From: a virus
Direction: 5' to 3' (one strand)
DNA: 64,000 nt
IMG/VR virus record: IMGVR_UViG_3300029922_000003
The position numbers were made by a program, and so were the translations under genes. This document shows positions 1 through 10,669 of the stretch, in pieces. The notes under the pieces were generated by a model. It saw only the letters and a list, made by a program, of their open reading frames with translations. It had not been told where the DNA came from and did no database searches. Numbering within the stretch: the stretch's first letter is position 1; every line of letters begins with the position of its first letter.

Positions 1-1365
1 ATTAATAGTCTTAAAAAATATATCTAGATTTTGTATATAATTTATATTTATTTTAATAGGAAGAATGGAATAAGTACAAAGGTCCTCGGCTAGTACCTGA
101 GCCGGGTTCAAAAAGAAATCTACTTGGTTTGTGAAGTCAGTTTCTGGATTTGTACTATCGCTATACTTACTGAACAACTCAAATCCATAATTGTTCCCAG
201 TCTGTCCGGCTTTCTCATTAACAGACGCCCAAAAATCCTTAATAGCCATTGGATCGCCAATTAGTGTAAACGCCACTGACTGGGACAAAGGCTGTGCTGG
301 AGAATTGTTCTGACCATACACCGCTGGGACACTTATGTTGGGGAACGACAAAAACTGATTGGTATTTGTGGTGTACCCTGGCTTGAGGGGCAACGAAGGG
401 AATTCCTCCCACCAGTCATACATTGTGGTATCAACTACCTCAACAACAGTGGAAAGTGGTGTGGATGCAGGAAGTACTGCACCGACCACGATGTTGTTGC
501 GCAACATGGTCTTATCTAGCAAAGAGTACACACTCTTGTCAGTAATGATCAAATACCCCTCAGGAGTGTCCTGGATTACCTCAACGGTCTCTGACACCTC
601 CCTGATTAATGGACTACCACTAACCGCAGATAGAAAGGAATCAAGAGCAGAAATGCTAGGTCCCTTAGACACCAACTCAAACACACTCTGAATGATTATT
701 TTGTACTGCTCAGAAGACTCCTGTAGATTCGTGAAGATAAACCCATACTGGTCATGAAGTCGGAATGTATCCTCATCCACATCGCAGAACCAAATGACGA
801 TCTGCTTGTCCATCTCTCCGGTTGTAGTATTTAATACATCAGCAACAGGGATGAGCGGGTTGCTGAACGGATTGCTCTTAAATACAATGCCGCCATCGTC
901 GGCTGACAAAATAAAGTCTGCGCCATTAGCCAGGGTTACGGATGGTTGGAACAACCTATTTACCGCAAACGATCCGAGCGAAACAACGCTTTGGGGGAGT
1001 GGATAAAAATAGGAGTCACTAAGCTTAGCTGGGGTACCGTACTTCAAGAAAGAACCACTTCTGTACTTTCCTCCATCTGGCTGTTGTCCATAAAACCCAC
1101 CATCTCCATATGAAGGCACCTGAGCGTACTGCAGCATATCGCTCTCATTGATGATTACAGGAAGGACATTCTTCCTGGAGAAAGTAGGGATAGAGTATAT
1201 AGAGGAGGAGTTGATAATCTCCATCACGTCCATATAGCTCTGAAGAAGCATTTCGCTACAAGAATATCCAATTGCGTCTCCTAGTGCACCACCATCAAAA
1301 ATAGATGACCAGAATGAACCCAAGAAGTCCGCAAAGTTGCGTCCGTATGTGAGGTCGTTGTTCAA
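1..1365 (-). CDS. Probable baseplate/tail protein, 3' end beyond window
   Basis: Not in ORF track. TTG at 1365, 2 nt after the previous stop, reads MNNDLTYGRNFADFLGSFWSSIF. Frame open at both ends and in the stretches I translated (...NLDIFFKTIN at base 1). Function from position only. Confidence 0.65.
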   Translation of the reverse strand, partial: MNNDLTYGRNFADFLGSFWSSIFDGGALGDAIGYSCSEMLLQSYMDVMEIINSSSIYSIPTFSRKNVLPVIINESDMLQYAQVPSYGDGGFYGQQPDGGKYRSGSFLKYGTPAKLSDSYFYPLPQSVVSLGSFAVNRLFQPSVTLANGADFILSADDGGIVFKSNPFSNPLIPVADVLNTTTGEMDKQIVIWFCDVDEDTFRLHDQYGFIFTNLQESSEQYKIIIQSVFELVSKGPSISALDSFLSAVSGSPLIREVSETVEVIQDTPEGYLIITDKSVYSLLDKTMLRNNIVVGAVLPASTPLSTVVEVVDTTMYDWWEEFPSLPLKPGYTTNTNQFLSFPNISVPAVYGQNNSPAQPLSQSVAFTLIGDPMAIKDFWASVNEKAGQTGNNYGFELFSKYSDSTNPETDFTNQVDFFLNPAQVLAEDLCTYSILPIKININYIQNLDIFFKTIN

Positions 1366-1367
1366 AA

Positions 1368-3053
1368 TTATACTTCGATTATTGTGAGTGGGACTCCAGA
1401 GCTCTGGGTAAACATAGCGATATTTTCTGGACCATAACCAAGAGTAACGTCTGTTGGAATACCAAGGATAGATTGAGTACTCACAACAACCTCTGTAGCG
1501 TTTTGGTCTGGAGCCAGAATAGTCCCAGTAATAAGGATTGGTGTGTCTACAGATAAGACTGCTGGATCTTTATAAATTGTTGCGATAATGCCATCAACGC
1601 GAAGTTGATCCGTGGATGGGTTTATAGAGTTTATGTAATTGATCACATCAGACTGCAGGTTGAGTGCAGTAGTGGCTCCAGCTTTGACTCTAACCTTTAT
1701 TTCAGAAGTAGAAATAATGCATGGGACATACGCTTTAATTAATGTGTCCACTAGGGCCACCTGGTTTGAATTTGAATTTACAAACCCCTGTATGTCTCCA
1801 ATTCCAGGAGTTGTAATCCCATACACAGTAACTGGGATATAGTTTCCACCTGGATTTGGGTCTACCACAGGATCAAACACCACATACTCATATCCGTAAG
1901 AAGAATAGAATCCCTCAGCGACAGTGGTAATAGAGTGTAGGGTCTGACCAGATGGGATGGTAGCATTAACCCCACGCACCTTCTTAAGAATTGTGTAAGT
2001 ACTAAGTAGGTTGGCAGCCTGTGGTGTTACTCTAGAAACATCGTACATCCCTGGAATATCCCCAACACTCACTTGTACAACATACTTTCCTACATAGTCC
2101 TGAAAATCAGCTGTGCTTGCGTCTCCAGATATAATCTTGGTGGCAGTTTTCTCTATTGGGACCTCAGAGATAGAAACTGCTGTTTTTACATACACATCAC
2201 AAAAACTCCCAGACTTTACACCAAAGATGTTGTGGGAGTTCCTGGTCATTAGGTCTCCAGTTATTCCTTGAACATTGATCTGTAGAATGTAGGGGAAGTT
2301 ATCTCTAAGCGTCTGCTCTATAGACAATGGAGATGCCAGGTTCCTAACTGAAAGTGCTGGTATCAACCTGGAAACTACTTGAGCGTCAGTCTCTGCATCA
2401 CTACCGCCAGAAAAAGCTGAGAATGCCGATGCCGACACAAAGTTGTACACCTGAGCACTGGATAGTGGGGTGTACTGTGGAATGTTGTAGATTGCTCCAG
2501 TGGAGACTGCTGTAGCTGGTACAATAGCAAAGCTTTGGGTACCGGATTGGTCTGGATACAACTGGATCTGACTAGGATTTGACAGGTCTGGCGTTGCAGT
2601 AGCTATGTAATTAATTGTTGGGCTAAATACAACTCCATCCACTGTAGAGAATGTATAGCTTGATTGGATAGATAGACTAGACGGGCTACCAAGGATAGAT
2701 ACTTTAATGAACCCATTGGCAGATGTTCCGGCAACCCTAGACACAGAGAAGTTGGACAGTAGGGCGTCCACAATTGCACTGCTGGCGGTAGATGGGGATT
2801 GAATAACCTTAGATAGGGTATTGGTAGCGTTGAACTGATTAATTAGTGACTGAATCACTAAGAATATCTGAGCTTGTGGCCTAACATTTAGGTCGTTCAA
2901 ACTAGAGAGTGCAGAGAAGTCTAGATCCTGGTATGTATCGCTAAGGTACTGGCGGACAATTGCTTGAGCAGCCTGGATGTCAGACGCAGAAAATAGCGAG
3001 GGGTCAATATTGACTCCTGGGACTATATTAAAATTCTCAATGGATGTGGACAT
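1368..3053 (-). CDS. Baseplate wedge protein, gpJ/T4 gp6-like
   Basis: 561 aa with FSGGSDAETDAQVVSRL (baseplate J motif GG.D.E.D) and RNLASPLSIEQ; follows a gp25-like gene. Confidence 0.8.
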   Translation of the reverse strand: MSTSIENFNIVPGVNIDPSLFSASDIQAAQAIVRQYLSDTYQDLDFSALSSLNDLNVRPQAQIFLVIQSLINQFNATNTLSKVIQSPSTASSAIVDALLSNFSVSRVAGTSANGFIKVSILGSPSSLSIQSSYTFSTVDGVVFSPTINYIATATPDLSNPSQIQLYPDQSGTQSFAIVPATAVSTGAIYNIPQYTPLSSAQVYNFVSASAFSAFSGGSDAETDAQVVSRLIPALSVRNLASPLSIEQTLRDNFPYILQINVQGITGDLMTRNSHNIFGVKSGSFCDVYVKTAVSISEVPIEKTATKIISGDASTADFQDYVGKYVVQVSVGDIPGMYDVSRVTPQAANLLSTYTILKKVRGVNATIPSGQTLHSITTVAEGFYSSYGYEYVVFDPVVDPNPGGNYIPVTVYGITTPGIGDIQGFVNSNSNQVALVDTLIKAYVPCIISTSEIKVRVKAGATTALNLQSDVINYINSINPSTDQLRVDGIIATIYKDPAVLSVDTPILITGTILAPDQNATEVVVSTQSILGIPTDVTLGYGPENIAMFTQSSGVPLTIIEV

Positions 3054-3056
3054 AAA

Positions 3057-3515
3057 TTATGGTGTACCCCAAGCAACAGGTAGGTAAAATACAGCTGTTT
3101 CACCAGCTTGTGTAGATAACTGAAGGCTAAGAGAAATACTAGTGGCTTGAATGGAATAATTCAATAACGTAACAGTATTAATCTGCTCATCAAGGGGGGT
3201 CGTGCTAGTGTACTGAGATTTTATCCACCTAAGGGTAAGAGCACTTTGGCTAGAGAAAGCCTGTTGGATCTGAATAGGAAAGCTAATGTTCTTAGACATT
3301 AAATTTGCTATAAGAGAAGACCCATAAGATGGGTCTTCTAGTCTCTCCCCACTAGTGCTCAGCATAGCTTTTATATAGTTCTGAGATGCCTTTAGCTTCC
3401 CAGTTACGGCAAGTGCGGTAGGACGGATTCCAAGGCTTACTGGATTCCCGGAAGCATTATTATCAAATAAGGCTATATCTACGTTTCTCCCAGAATAATT
3501 TACTGTTGTTGGCAT
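3057..3515 (-). CDS. Baseplate wedge subunit, gp25/gpW-like
   Basis: 152 aa, LSTSGERLEDPSYGSSL resembles the gp25 GER..P.YG motif; directly upstream of gpJ-like gene. Confidence 0.65.
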   Translation of the reverse strand: MPTTVNYSGRNVDIALFDNNASGNPVSLGIRPTALAVTGKLKASQNYIKAMLSTSGERLEDPSYGSSLIANLMSKNISFPIQIQQAFSSQSALTLRWIKSQYTSTTPLDEQINTVTLLNYSIQATSISLSLQLSTQAGETAVFYLPVAWGTP

Positions 3516-3907
3516 TATTGGGTGGTCCAGTTCAGGGATGAATCTTCGAATGTGGCAATAGCTGTAGATAGATCAGTTGCCTCTTGAGCAGCAGCAGCGT
3601 AGATGTCTTTGACATTACTTAGACCACCAGTGTCATACCCACTATACCTTATCCTCATCGCCTTTTCCAGAGCAAGACTGTGCATGCCCTCAAGTTTTAG
3701 TGGTGACCAATCTTCAATTTGAACATCTGACGCTTTTAGTCCCTGGAGTTGCTGGAGCGTGTCTGTCCGGTCAACCTGTGTCATAAAATCCTTAATGCCA
3801 TTAAACCAATCCAAAAATAGCTTTGTTTTAAACAACGATGCCAGGGTAGTAGCTTGATACAGCTCTGCCTCAGAAAAAGTTTTTGTATATGTATCTGTAG
3901 CGATCAT
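3515..3907 (-). CDS. Hypothetical protein
   Basis: 130 aa ORF tightly packed with both neighbours. Confidence 0.6.
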   Translation of the reverse strand: MIATDTYTKTFSEAELYQATTLASLFKTKLFLDWFNGIKDFMTQVDRTDTLQQLQGLKASDVQIEDWSPLKLEGMHSLALEKAMRIRYSGYDTGGLSNVKDIYAAAAQEATDLSTAIATFEDSSLNWTTQ

Positions 3908-4614
3908 ATCGTTTTGTCCCTAGAGTTCACTCCATCCAAAATTGACTGTGCAATCTTTGACGCCCTGTTGGAAACCTCAACTGGGCTAAGATTGAGCTTC
4001 TTTGAAATTTCATCGTTGGACATAGCTGGGTGCCCATTGCGACCTAGCTTCATATCAAGTATTTTCCTGCCATGATGATCTAGGTCATTGTAGACATACT
4101 CTGTCCAGAGGTTTAGTCTGGAGCTTTCTGGATCCTCTCCCTCGTCAACGTCTCCAACTACCTGACTCTCTGGGACCTCGTACTTGACGATTTTATTCAG
4201 CTTCTCTAGCCGGCGTCCAGAAATGCCAAGAGCATCCCTAATCTCAACATCATCGGGCTCTCTGCCATTTTCCTCTGTAAACCCTCTGATCATATTGACC
4301 ATCTTTCCGCTCTCTTCCCCGTAGTACCTAGACATTGGGGCCACCTCTGTCATATCCTTTGCCTCTCTGTTTAGTGGGCGTAGGTGATTGTAGACATGGG
4401 TAGAAAGCTTTGTACCCTGACTAGGGTCGTAAGTTTTAATCGCCTCAGATGTGAGTAGCCTAGCCTTGCTGGTCAGTAGGGCCTTGTTTACCGTCTTATT
4501 GTTATTTGCTGAAGACGCAATCATCCCACCAAAGCTATTTACAGCTCTACTTAGGTTTTCAGGAGTTGGTCTTTTTTTCCAATCCTTCCAAAGATCTTCT
4601 GGTTCTTGCGTCAT
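3904..4614 (-). CDS. Sigma-70 family RNA polymerase sigma factor
   Basis: EAIKTYDPSQGTKLSTHVY (region 2, cf. FDP.RG.KFSTYA), ENGREPDDVEIRDALGIS (region 3), KILDMKLG...MSNDEISKKLNLSPVEVS (region 4 HTH). Confidence 0.8.
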   Translation of the reverse strand: MTQEPEDLWKDWKKRPTPENLSRAVNSFGGMIASSANNNKTVNKALLTSKARLLTSEAIKTYDPSQGTKLSTHVYNHLRPLNREAKDMTEVAPMSRYYGEESGKMVNMIRGFTEENGREPDDVEIRDALGISGRRLEKLNKIVKYEVPESQVVGDVDEGEDPESSRLNLWTEYVYNDLDHHGRKILDMKLGRNGHPAMSNDEISKKLNLSPVEVSNRASKIAQSILDGVNSRDKTI

Positions 4615-4615
4615 G

Positions 4616-5974
4616 TTAGTCCCACTTGTCCATTGTTGCCTTAGGAAAAAAGGGGTGGCTCTTTTGTTTTTCGTATACCCCCTGCTCTAGCGCACACTCG
4701 AACCTAAATATAGTTGAAAATGTCCCTCCTGACAATACGTGATCCACACTTTTGCAGTATCCATCAATAGTTGCGCCAAAAGCACTCATAGGACCGCCAT
4801 CGAATGATTTAGCTCCTGAGAACGGAGAGAATGTAGCGCAAACTCCAGGAAAGGCTCCAGGAGCAACAGGAGTAACAATGTTGAAGGTTTTTTGCCTATT
4901 TGAATATGAAAGAACATGTGTCTGTGCATACGCAGTAATAGGGGATGTGGTACTGTCTGGAAAGTCAGATCCATTCAGCATACTCATCCACCCAGGGGCT
5001 GCAAGCAACATAGACCCCTTTGACCCTGGAAGCGTAGATGAGTAGCTCCCGAGCTTTATAGGAGAAAACTGATTTGTATAGTTGGAGGTTGTGGTTCCAA
5101 TAGCTGTTGGAGCGACAACAATACAATCTTTGGGCGACCTAGTGGTCAGGGCACTCCTATCTACCTTCTGGATAAAACTAGTTGGTATTTGATTTTCCTG
5201 AGCTGCAACTCCAACAAAATTGGGCATTATACACACATTGCCACCTGGTTTGCAGACAAGTGCACAATCAAACGCTGCAATAATGCCAGATAAAACATCC
5301 CACAAAGAACTGCTAGTACCAGCCCTTTGTAAACACCCATCTATGTATCTAGAAGCTCCCGAAGCTATTCCGGCGTTCGACCCAAAAACAAATACTCCCG
5401 TATTGCTCCACCCACTAATCTGGTTGAGTATATTAATGGCAGTCTGCTTGTCTGTTCCAGACACCACCGGTGCATATCCACTAACAGACTGAGCAGAGCT
5501 CTTGCTAATTACATTACCCAATCCGGTACAAATGATACTAGAGAATGGTTGGGTCCAGTCGCTTACAAAAAACTTAGACAACCCGCTAGACGCAGATGCA
5601 ACTGCAGAAGAATCTGTAGTATACAACAGGGAGGTAACATCAGCAGTACTCCCCGGACTCACACCAGGCAGAGAGCTTGTTATTTCATCAAGATCCCTAG
5701 CTACGTGAATCAAAGATACTGATGGGACCAATCCTCCATTCATATTGGAATAACCCACTCCAACAACATAACCAAAGAAAATATTAACACCGTCAACGGT
5801 TAGAGTTGCTTGTATATCTGTACCAATAAAGTCAGTAAGATCCTCTGGCCTAACTCCAACCTGACACGTAGGAATCCCTCCAACCTCAGCGTGGGAATTA
5901 ACTGAGGTTACTGATATGCCATTTAGTTTTACTACTGGCTTGTTTACACTATTGGCAGTACCAAGGAATGTCAT
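4616..5974 (-). CDS. Probable baseplate hub protein
   Basis: 452 aa beta-rich protein (LTVDGVNIFFGYVV) downstream of tape-measure-like gene; mainly synteny. Confidence 0.5.
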   Translation of the reverse strand: MTFLGTANSVNKPVVKLNGISVTSVNSHAEVGGIPTCQVGVRPEDLTDFIGTDIQATLTVDGVNIFFGYVVGVGYSNMNGGLVPSVSLIHVARDLDEITSSLPGVSPGSTADVTSLLYTTDSSAVASASSGLSKFFVSDWTQPFSSIICTGLGNVISKSSAQSVSGYAPVVSGTDKQTAINILNQISGWSNTGVFVFGSNAGIASGASRYIDGCLQRAGTSSSLWDVLSGIIAAFDCALVCKPGGNVCIMPNFVGVAAQENQIPTSFIQKVDRSALTTRSPKDCIVVAPTAIGTTTSNYTNQFSPIKLGSYSSTLPGSKGSMLLAAPGWMSMLNGSDFPDSTTSPITAYAQTHVLSYSNRQKTFNIVTPVAPGAFPGVCATFSPFSGAKSFDGGPMSAFGATIDGYCKSVDHVLSGGTFSTIFRFECALEQGVYEKQKSHPFFPKATMDKWD

Positions 5975-6762
5975 GAATTCTTAAGGCTGCAGGCGTATCC
6001 CATTAGCAAGCAAAGAAGGCTTTGGTGAGGCCTTGTAGTTGTATAGTAAAAATCTCTTAGGGCTGCTGACGCAACACTATTTCCTGTAATTAATCCCTCT
6101 TTCCCTGGGACCTGATCCACACTATTTACAATACCATCAATATCAATGTAGTTTGGGTACTTAAGGTCGAGCGTTGTCTGGGCAAATGAGTCTGGGATAC
6201 TAGAACAGTTTGTGAAAGCTATACTTATGGGAGTATTAGGAACCTTCCTTAGGTCTGATATATCACCAGAGAATGTAAAATTTATTGTGTTAGAATCATA
6301 CCTGCCAGCAGATGCTACAGTGGCCACAACAGATGTCACTGGGTCTGATCCAGCAGACTTTGTGATTACAATTTTCTTCTCATTAATGCCATCAAAGGCA
6401 GACCACAGGTCACTAGTAGAAATGAACATGTTGGGGTGTACCACATTAATAAAAAGTGATGGGTCAAGCGTGGTTGGTATCAACAACTTTCCTTGCACTA
6501 ATCTAGTGTCAAATAACGAATTGGCAATACTAGAGAGTACGGGATCCCTATAGATTCCTGAGATCAGCACATTAGCTCTCCAAGCCTGAATAGCTGGAGT
6601 ATCGTACGCAGAAGACCCCAGGAGTGCATCTCTAAATAGGGAGAATGGGGGCTGAAGTATCTTTTCTTCGTACTCAGAAGGAAAGTAGCAAACGCTCGAG
6701 AATTTATTCGAGTTCAGCAAGTATGTTCTAATTTCTTCTACCATATTAAGATTTCCCTCCAT
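5971..6762 (-). CDS. Hypothetical tail-module protein
   Basis: 263 aa ORF overlapping neighbours within tail module. Confidence 0.55.
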   Translation of the reverse strand: MEGNLNMVEEIRTYLLNSNKFSSVCYFPSEYEEKILQPPFSLFRDALLGSSAYDTPAIQAWRANVLISGIYRDPVLSSIANSLFDTRLVQGKLLIPTTLDPSLFINVVHPNMFISTSDLWSAFDGINEKKIVITKSAGSDPVTSVVATVASAGRYDSNTINFTFSGDISDLRKVPNTPISIAFTNCSSIPDSFAQTTLDLKYPNYIDIDGIVNSVDQVPGKEGLITGNSVASAALRDFYYTTTRPHQSLLCLLMGYACSLKNS

Positions 6763-7195
6763 TGATTATAGACATCTCCAGGGTGAAATTAGCAAAATTG
6801 AATTCATTCATTTCTGCAGATATATTCATACCCTCTAGATACCCAAGGAAAGTAGTACTACCAAGAGACACAGAAATCGGACCGGACTGAGCATACACAT
6901 TACTTGATGTGTAGAACTCATTAACCACTCCAACTCCATCCCCAGATGTTGCTGCACAATTGGGGTTCAAAAAGATTATACCGCTTATAATAATTCTACC
7001 TGGACCCTCTCCCCATGCATACCCGTAGATTGAACTATCAAGAGTTTTGACATATTGGGTCACTTGATTCCTCTGGATTGCAACACCAGTGAATATCAAA
7101 AAATCAGACGGGGCAAGTGACAGAGTCAAGATGCCCATAGCACCATCACTGCTCTTCATCACTGTACCTCTTGTAGCTTTGAAAATATCTGCCAT
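6746..7195 (-). CDS. Tail tube-like/tube initiator protein
   Basis: Start corrected to ATG 7195 (MADIFKATRG), 1 nt after upstream stop; TQYVKTLDSSIYGYAWGEGPGRIIISG resembles tube-fold proteins. Confidence 0.55.
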   Translation of the reverse strand: MADIFKATRGTVMKSSDGAMGILTLSLAPSDFLIFTGVAIQRNQVTQYVKTLDSSIYGYAWGEGPGRIIISGIIFLNPNCAATSGDGVGVVNEFYTSSNVYAQSGPISVSLGSTTFLGYLEGMNISAEMNEFNFANFTLEMSIINGGKS

Positions 7196-7196
7196 G

Positions 7197-9566
7197 TTAT
7201 CTGTTGTTAGGTGCTGGAGCAGCAACTCCACCTAAACCGCTCTTGGAGTCTGCTTTCCCTCCAATTTCGGTTTTGATATCAGCAAGTGCATTAAGAATTC
7301 TAGCAACTAATTGGTCTGGAGTCGATCCATCATTCTTGGTAGAGGAATCGGAGCCAGGAGACCACTTGGCAACAATACTGGCTCGATCACTCTGCTCAGT
7401 AGCGTCTTGAGCTAGTTTTGTGCTGTGTTCGCTGATCATGGAGTAAGAAAGGGCACTCTTGGCCTCATCAATCTCCTTCTGACTCTTCCCGTCCTTTTTG
7501 TATCGGCTCTCAAGATCAGACTGAGCTGACTTAATCTCCTTTTGATAGTCTTTATAGGCGTCACCCTTGTTTGCAGTAGAGAAATCTGCAATATCTTGGA
7601 GTCCCTTATTTATCTTGGCATTATCTCCTGTATTGTCGTCCAGAAGGCTACGGATTGACTTGTTGTTGTATGTAGTAACTCCATTGTCCATCATCTTCTG
7701 GAGAATGTCCTTATAAGAAGCTGCCTGGGATCCCTCACCCCCCTTACCCTTCTTGTAGTTTTCAGCCATTGCGTCCTGGATTGCTGCACCCACAAATCCA
7801 CCAAGTCCTTGATCAATCATTGACCCTACTCTCTTGTCAAATATCTCCTTAGATGTCTTTTTCTCATCCTCCTTGATCTTCTTTGCCTTATCTAGCTCAT
7901 CCTCTTCTTTTTTGTCCCTAAGTTGCGGGATAGCATCTCCTAGATCCTGTCTGCTATCCAAAACAGCTCCACGCGCTGTAAGTAAGGTTTGATACGCGGC
8001 ACTATCTTGAGATATACCATGCCTCTTGGCTACTTCCTTTAAGTCATCCTGGTTCTGAATTGAGGTAGCGTTCATGTCTTTTACAACACTGGCATACTCT
8101 TCTTTGGACACCTCATGTTTAGCCAAGTATGTACCAAACACAGTTGTTTTGTCTTTATTTATTCCATAAAGACCATCTGATAATGCTCTGTGCAGGCTAG
8201 CTTGGGTACTTAGCCCAGAAACTCCATCTACTACGTCTTGTCCCTCTCTTGCTCCTAATTCAGCACGAAGTTCTGGAGAAAATCCTTTCTCTTGGATCGT
8301 GTGATCCATAATAGACATGGCTGTATGAGTCTCGGGAGATATGTTCTTGTCATTCTTTTCTAGCAAATCAAATACAGCAGGAGTGTCGCCTTTTCTGACT
8401 AGATCTCTGACTTGATTCTTTAAGTCACCCTCTGGAAGAGCATAGAGAGCCGCAATGGCCCTTGCATTGACCGGAGAGCTGGCTACATTGATACTTCCCT
8501 GCAAATGCTGCTGAGCAAGGTCAGTAACTCCTGGGCCAGAGTACATCTCGCCCCTAGATGCGGACTCCTTCATTCTGGAATTAACTTCAGCGGTGGCTTG
8601 CAGTAGAGCAGAGTTTGCAATCTCTGTGTGGCCAGAGGAAACTCCACCATAGCTAAGGATCTCTTTGGCAACACCCTGGTACTGCACCATCTGTTCCTTA
8701 CTCATGTCTGCCACAGTGGCGGTTGCCTGTGTGTCTCTTAGGGAGTTGTCAATCATTGACTTTGTAACCCCACGTTGACCCCTGAACATGTCCTGAACAG
8801 AACTAGTGAGTTGTTCAAGTGGCATATCCTTTCCAAACAAGTCTTGGGCAATCCTAACTGTCTCGCTAGTCCCTTGTGCAAATTTTACCGCATCAGCCTT
8901 CTCCTGCTGAGTAGCGTCAGCTCTAGACAAATTCTGAAGATGGTCCCAACCCCCCAATAGAGGTCCAAAGGCAGATAGATTCTTAGCGAACTGCTCGTGG
9001 GTAAACCCAGATGACTTGTTGAAGTCCCACAGGCCATTAGAGCCATGCATCCCATCCTCGAGGTTTTTGACCATGTTGGCGGCTCCCTGCATGTTCGCTT
9101 GGATAGTCCCATTAGATATTCCTGGTCCAGCAATGAATCTACCCATGTCACTAGCAAATACCCCAAACTCATTTCTCATGCTACCCCCCTTCTGTGTGGA
9201 GTCCATAATCATCTGAGTGAGTTGATTGGTACCAGCCTGTCCTAGCATGCCCAGCTGTGGGTTCATGGCATATATCGATGTAGACCACCGATTGAACAAC
9301 TGTGCCCTAGTCTGCGACGCCGTAAGCTCATAGGCAGACATGTTGGGCCGTCCAAGTGTCTGCATTGAGGGCCTTCCACTATTGAACATTTGGGTAACCA
9401 TCGACAAGAACATGTCAATTGATGGATTGCCGGTGAAGAATCCATTTGTTGTCATTCCCCTATTTACGGGACTTCCAGACGCAGATCCATAAACCTGACT
9501 TACCGCATTCGGTAAGTTAGCCATAGCTCCACCAGATATTTGATTCTGTAAATTAAAATCAGCCAT
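7197..9566 (-). CDS. Probable tape measure protein
   Basis: 789 aa helical Ala/Gly/Gln/Ser-rich protein downstream of chaperone pair, upstream of hub-like genes. Confidence 0.55.
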   Translation of the reverse strand: MADFNLQNQISGGAMANLPNAVSQVYGSASGSPVNRGMTTNGFFTGNPSIDMFLSMVTQMFNSGRPSMQTLGRPNMSAYELTASQTRAQLFNRWSTSIYAMNPQLGMLGQAGTNQLTQMIMDSTQKGGSMRNEFGVFASDMGRFIAGPGISNGTIQANMQGAANMVKNLEDGMHGSNGLWDFNKSSGFTHEQFAKNLSAFGPLLGGWDHLQNLSRADATQQEKADAVKFAQGTSETVRIAQDLFGKDMPLEQLTSSVQDMFRGQRGVTKSMIDNSLRDTQATATVADMSKEQMVQYQGVAKEILSYGGVSSGHTEIANSALLQATAEVNSRMKESASRGEMYSGPGVTDLAQQHLQGSINVASSPVNARAIAALYALPEGDLKNQVRDLVRKGDTPAVFDLLEKNDKNISPETHTAMSIMDHTIQEKGFSPELRAELGAREGQDVVDGVSGLSTQASLHRALSDGLYGINKDKTTVFGTYLAKHEVSKEEYASVVKDMNATSIQNQDDLKEVAKRHGISQDSAAYQTLLTARGAVLDSRQDLGDAIPQLRDKKEEDELDKAKKIKEDEKKTSKEIFDKRVGSMIDQGLGGFVGAAIQDAMAENYKKGKGGEGSQAASYKDILQKMMDNGVTTYNNKSIRSLLDDNTGDNAKINKGLQDIADFSTANKGDAYKDYQKEIKSAQSDLESRYKKDGKSQKEIDEAKSALSYSMISEHSTKLAQDATEQSDRASIVAKWSPGSDSSTKNDGSTPDQLVARILNALADIKTEIGGKADSKSGLGGVAAPAPNNR

Positions 9567-9609
9567 TGATCAAATATACCCTTTAATTAGGACAGCCTAA
9601 AGACAATTT

Positions 9610-10188
9610 CTACCTACAAAAGGTCTGTATACATCGATCTACTTCATTTTCCAAATCTATCTTTGTGCCATGGTTTTTTATTTCAATATTATAAGCTAAC
9701 TCATTTGTCTCACTAACATGACCACTAGAGTCAATTTGTATGTGAGACTCTGGAGGCAGGATCTTTATTACCTTACCACCAAGTCTCATAACCATCTGGG
9801 ATTCGTTGTCGAACCTTAGATCCTCGATTGCCACCTTCCCTCCAGAATCAAGAATGGTCCTAGCCTTCATCTCGGCAATATTGACCCAAATATCGTAGCA
9901 AAATAGGTTACGACCCCAATCGGTACCAAGGCTTTGCATTGCATATCTAGGTGACTTTCCACCCAGAGCCTCGCATGGTTGCTCTTTGAGAGATCCCTCA
10001 ATCATTTCATGAATTACATCATCAGGTATTCCGGCCTCTTCAAATAGGGTTATAAGCATCCTCTTTAAGGGTCTGGCAAATTTAAATGTTGTGTATCCAT
10101 GCTTATCCCTAAGAATCCTGGACGCCGTACTCTTGCCACACCCTGCTGGTCCGACAAATGCTATTACTCGTGGTTGTTCCTTTTTCAT
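9610..10188 (-). CDS. Deoxynucleoside monophosphate kinase
   Basis: True start ATG 10188 (MKKEQPRVIAFVGPAGCGKST); P-loop, FARPLK, PRYAMQSLGTDWGR, IEDLRFDNE. The ORF-track extension to 10302 lies inside the IS. Confidence 0.9.
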   Translation of the reverse strand: MKKEQPRVIAFVGPAGCGKSTASRILRDKHGYTTFKFARPLKRMLITLFEEAGIPDDVIHEMIEGSLKEQPCEALGGKSPRYAMQSLGTDWGRNLFCYDIWVNIAEMKARTILDSGGKVAIEDLRFDNESQMVMRLGGKVIKILPPESHIQIDSSGHVSETNELAYNIEIKNHGTKIDLENEVDRCIQTFCR

Positions 10189-10202
10189 CAAAATTTGTGG
10201 GT

Positions 10203-10231
10203 GGAAACCGCGTCCTTTAGGACGCCTTTCC
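10203..10231 (+). repeat. IS left-end hairpin
   Basis: GGAAA-CC-GCGTCC-TTTA-GGACGC-C-TTTCC. Confidence 0.8.
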
Positions 10232-10639
10232 GGGTTTGGTTTGTTGTGACTGAACGTAAAGCTTGAGCGTCTCGATTGGTGCGCCTCCACAGGAAGCGGC
10301 AAAGAAGCTAGGAGTCCAAAAAGCGGAACCCCACAGTTTTTTACGAAGCTCGTCCTTGCAGTCTCTCCGTGCTACAAAGGAACTGTTTCCTTTAAGGGCA
10401 TTCGCCATTTCAGAGATGCTGACTTTTGGCGGATACTCGACAACAAGGTGAACGTGGTCTTTGTCGTGGTTAAGTTCCACGAGAACCAAGTCCAGACGCT
10501 TGGCGGAAAGATCGAATCCGTAGCGAAGGCTTGTCCACACCGAATCTGAAATCACCGCATGGCGGTATTTCACGACGAAAACCAGATGCACGAGCAATCT
10601 GGAGACGCTGTGATTATTTCTTCGTAATTCGGTTGACAT
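10217..10639 (-). CDS. tnpA: Y1 HUH transposase TnpA
   Basis: ATG 10639 MSTELRRNNHSVSRLLVHLVFVVKYR; HUH motif DHVHL; FWTPSFFAASCG; catalytic Tyr in LKLYVQSQ. Confidence 0.92.
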   Translation of the reverse strand: MSTELRRNNHSVSRLLVHLVFVVKYRHAVISDSVWTSLRYGFDLSAKRLDLVLVELNHDKDHVHLVVEYPPKVSISEMANALKGNSSFVARRDCKDELRKKLWGSAFWTPSFFAASCGGAPIETLKLYVQSQQTKPGKAS

Positions 10640-10669
10640 TGTTTTTTCTTGGTAGTAGTATTCAATGTA

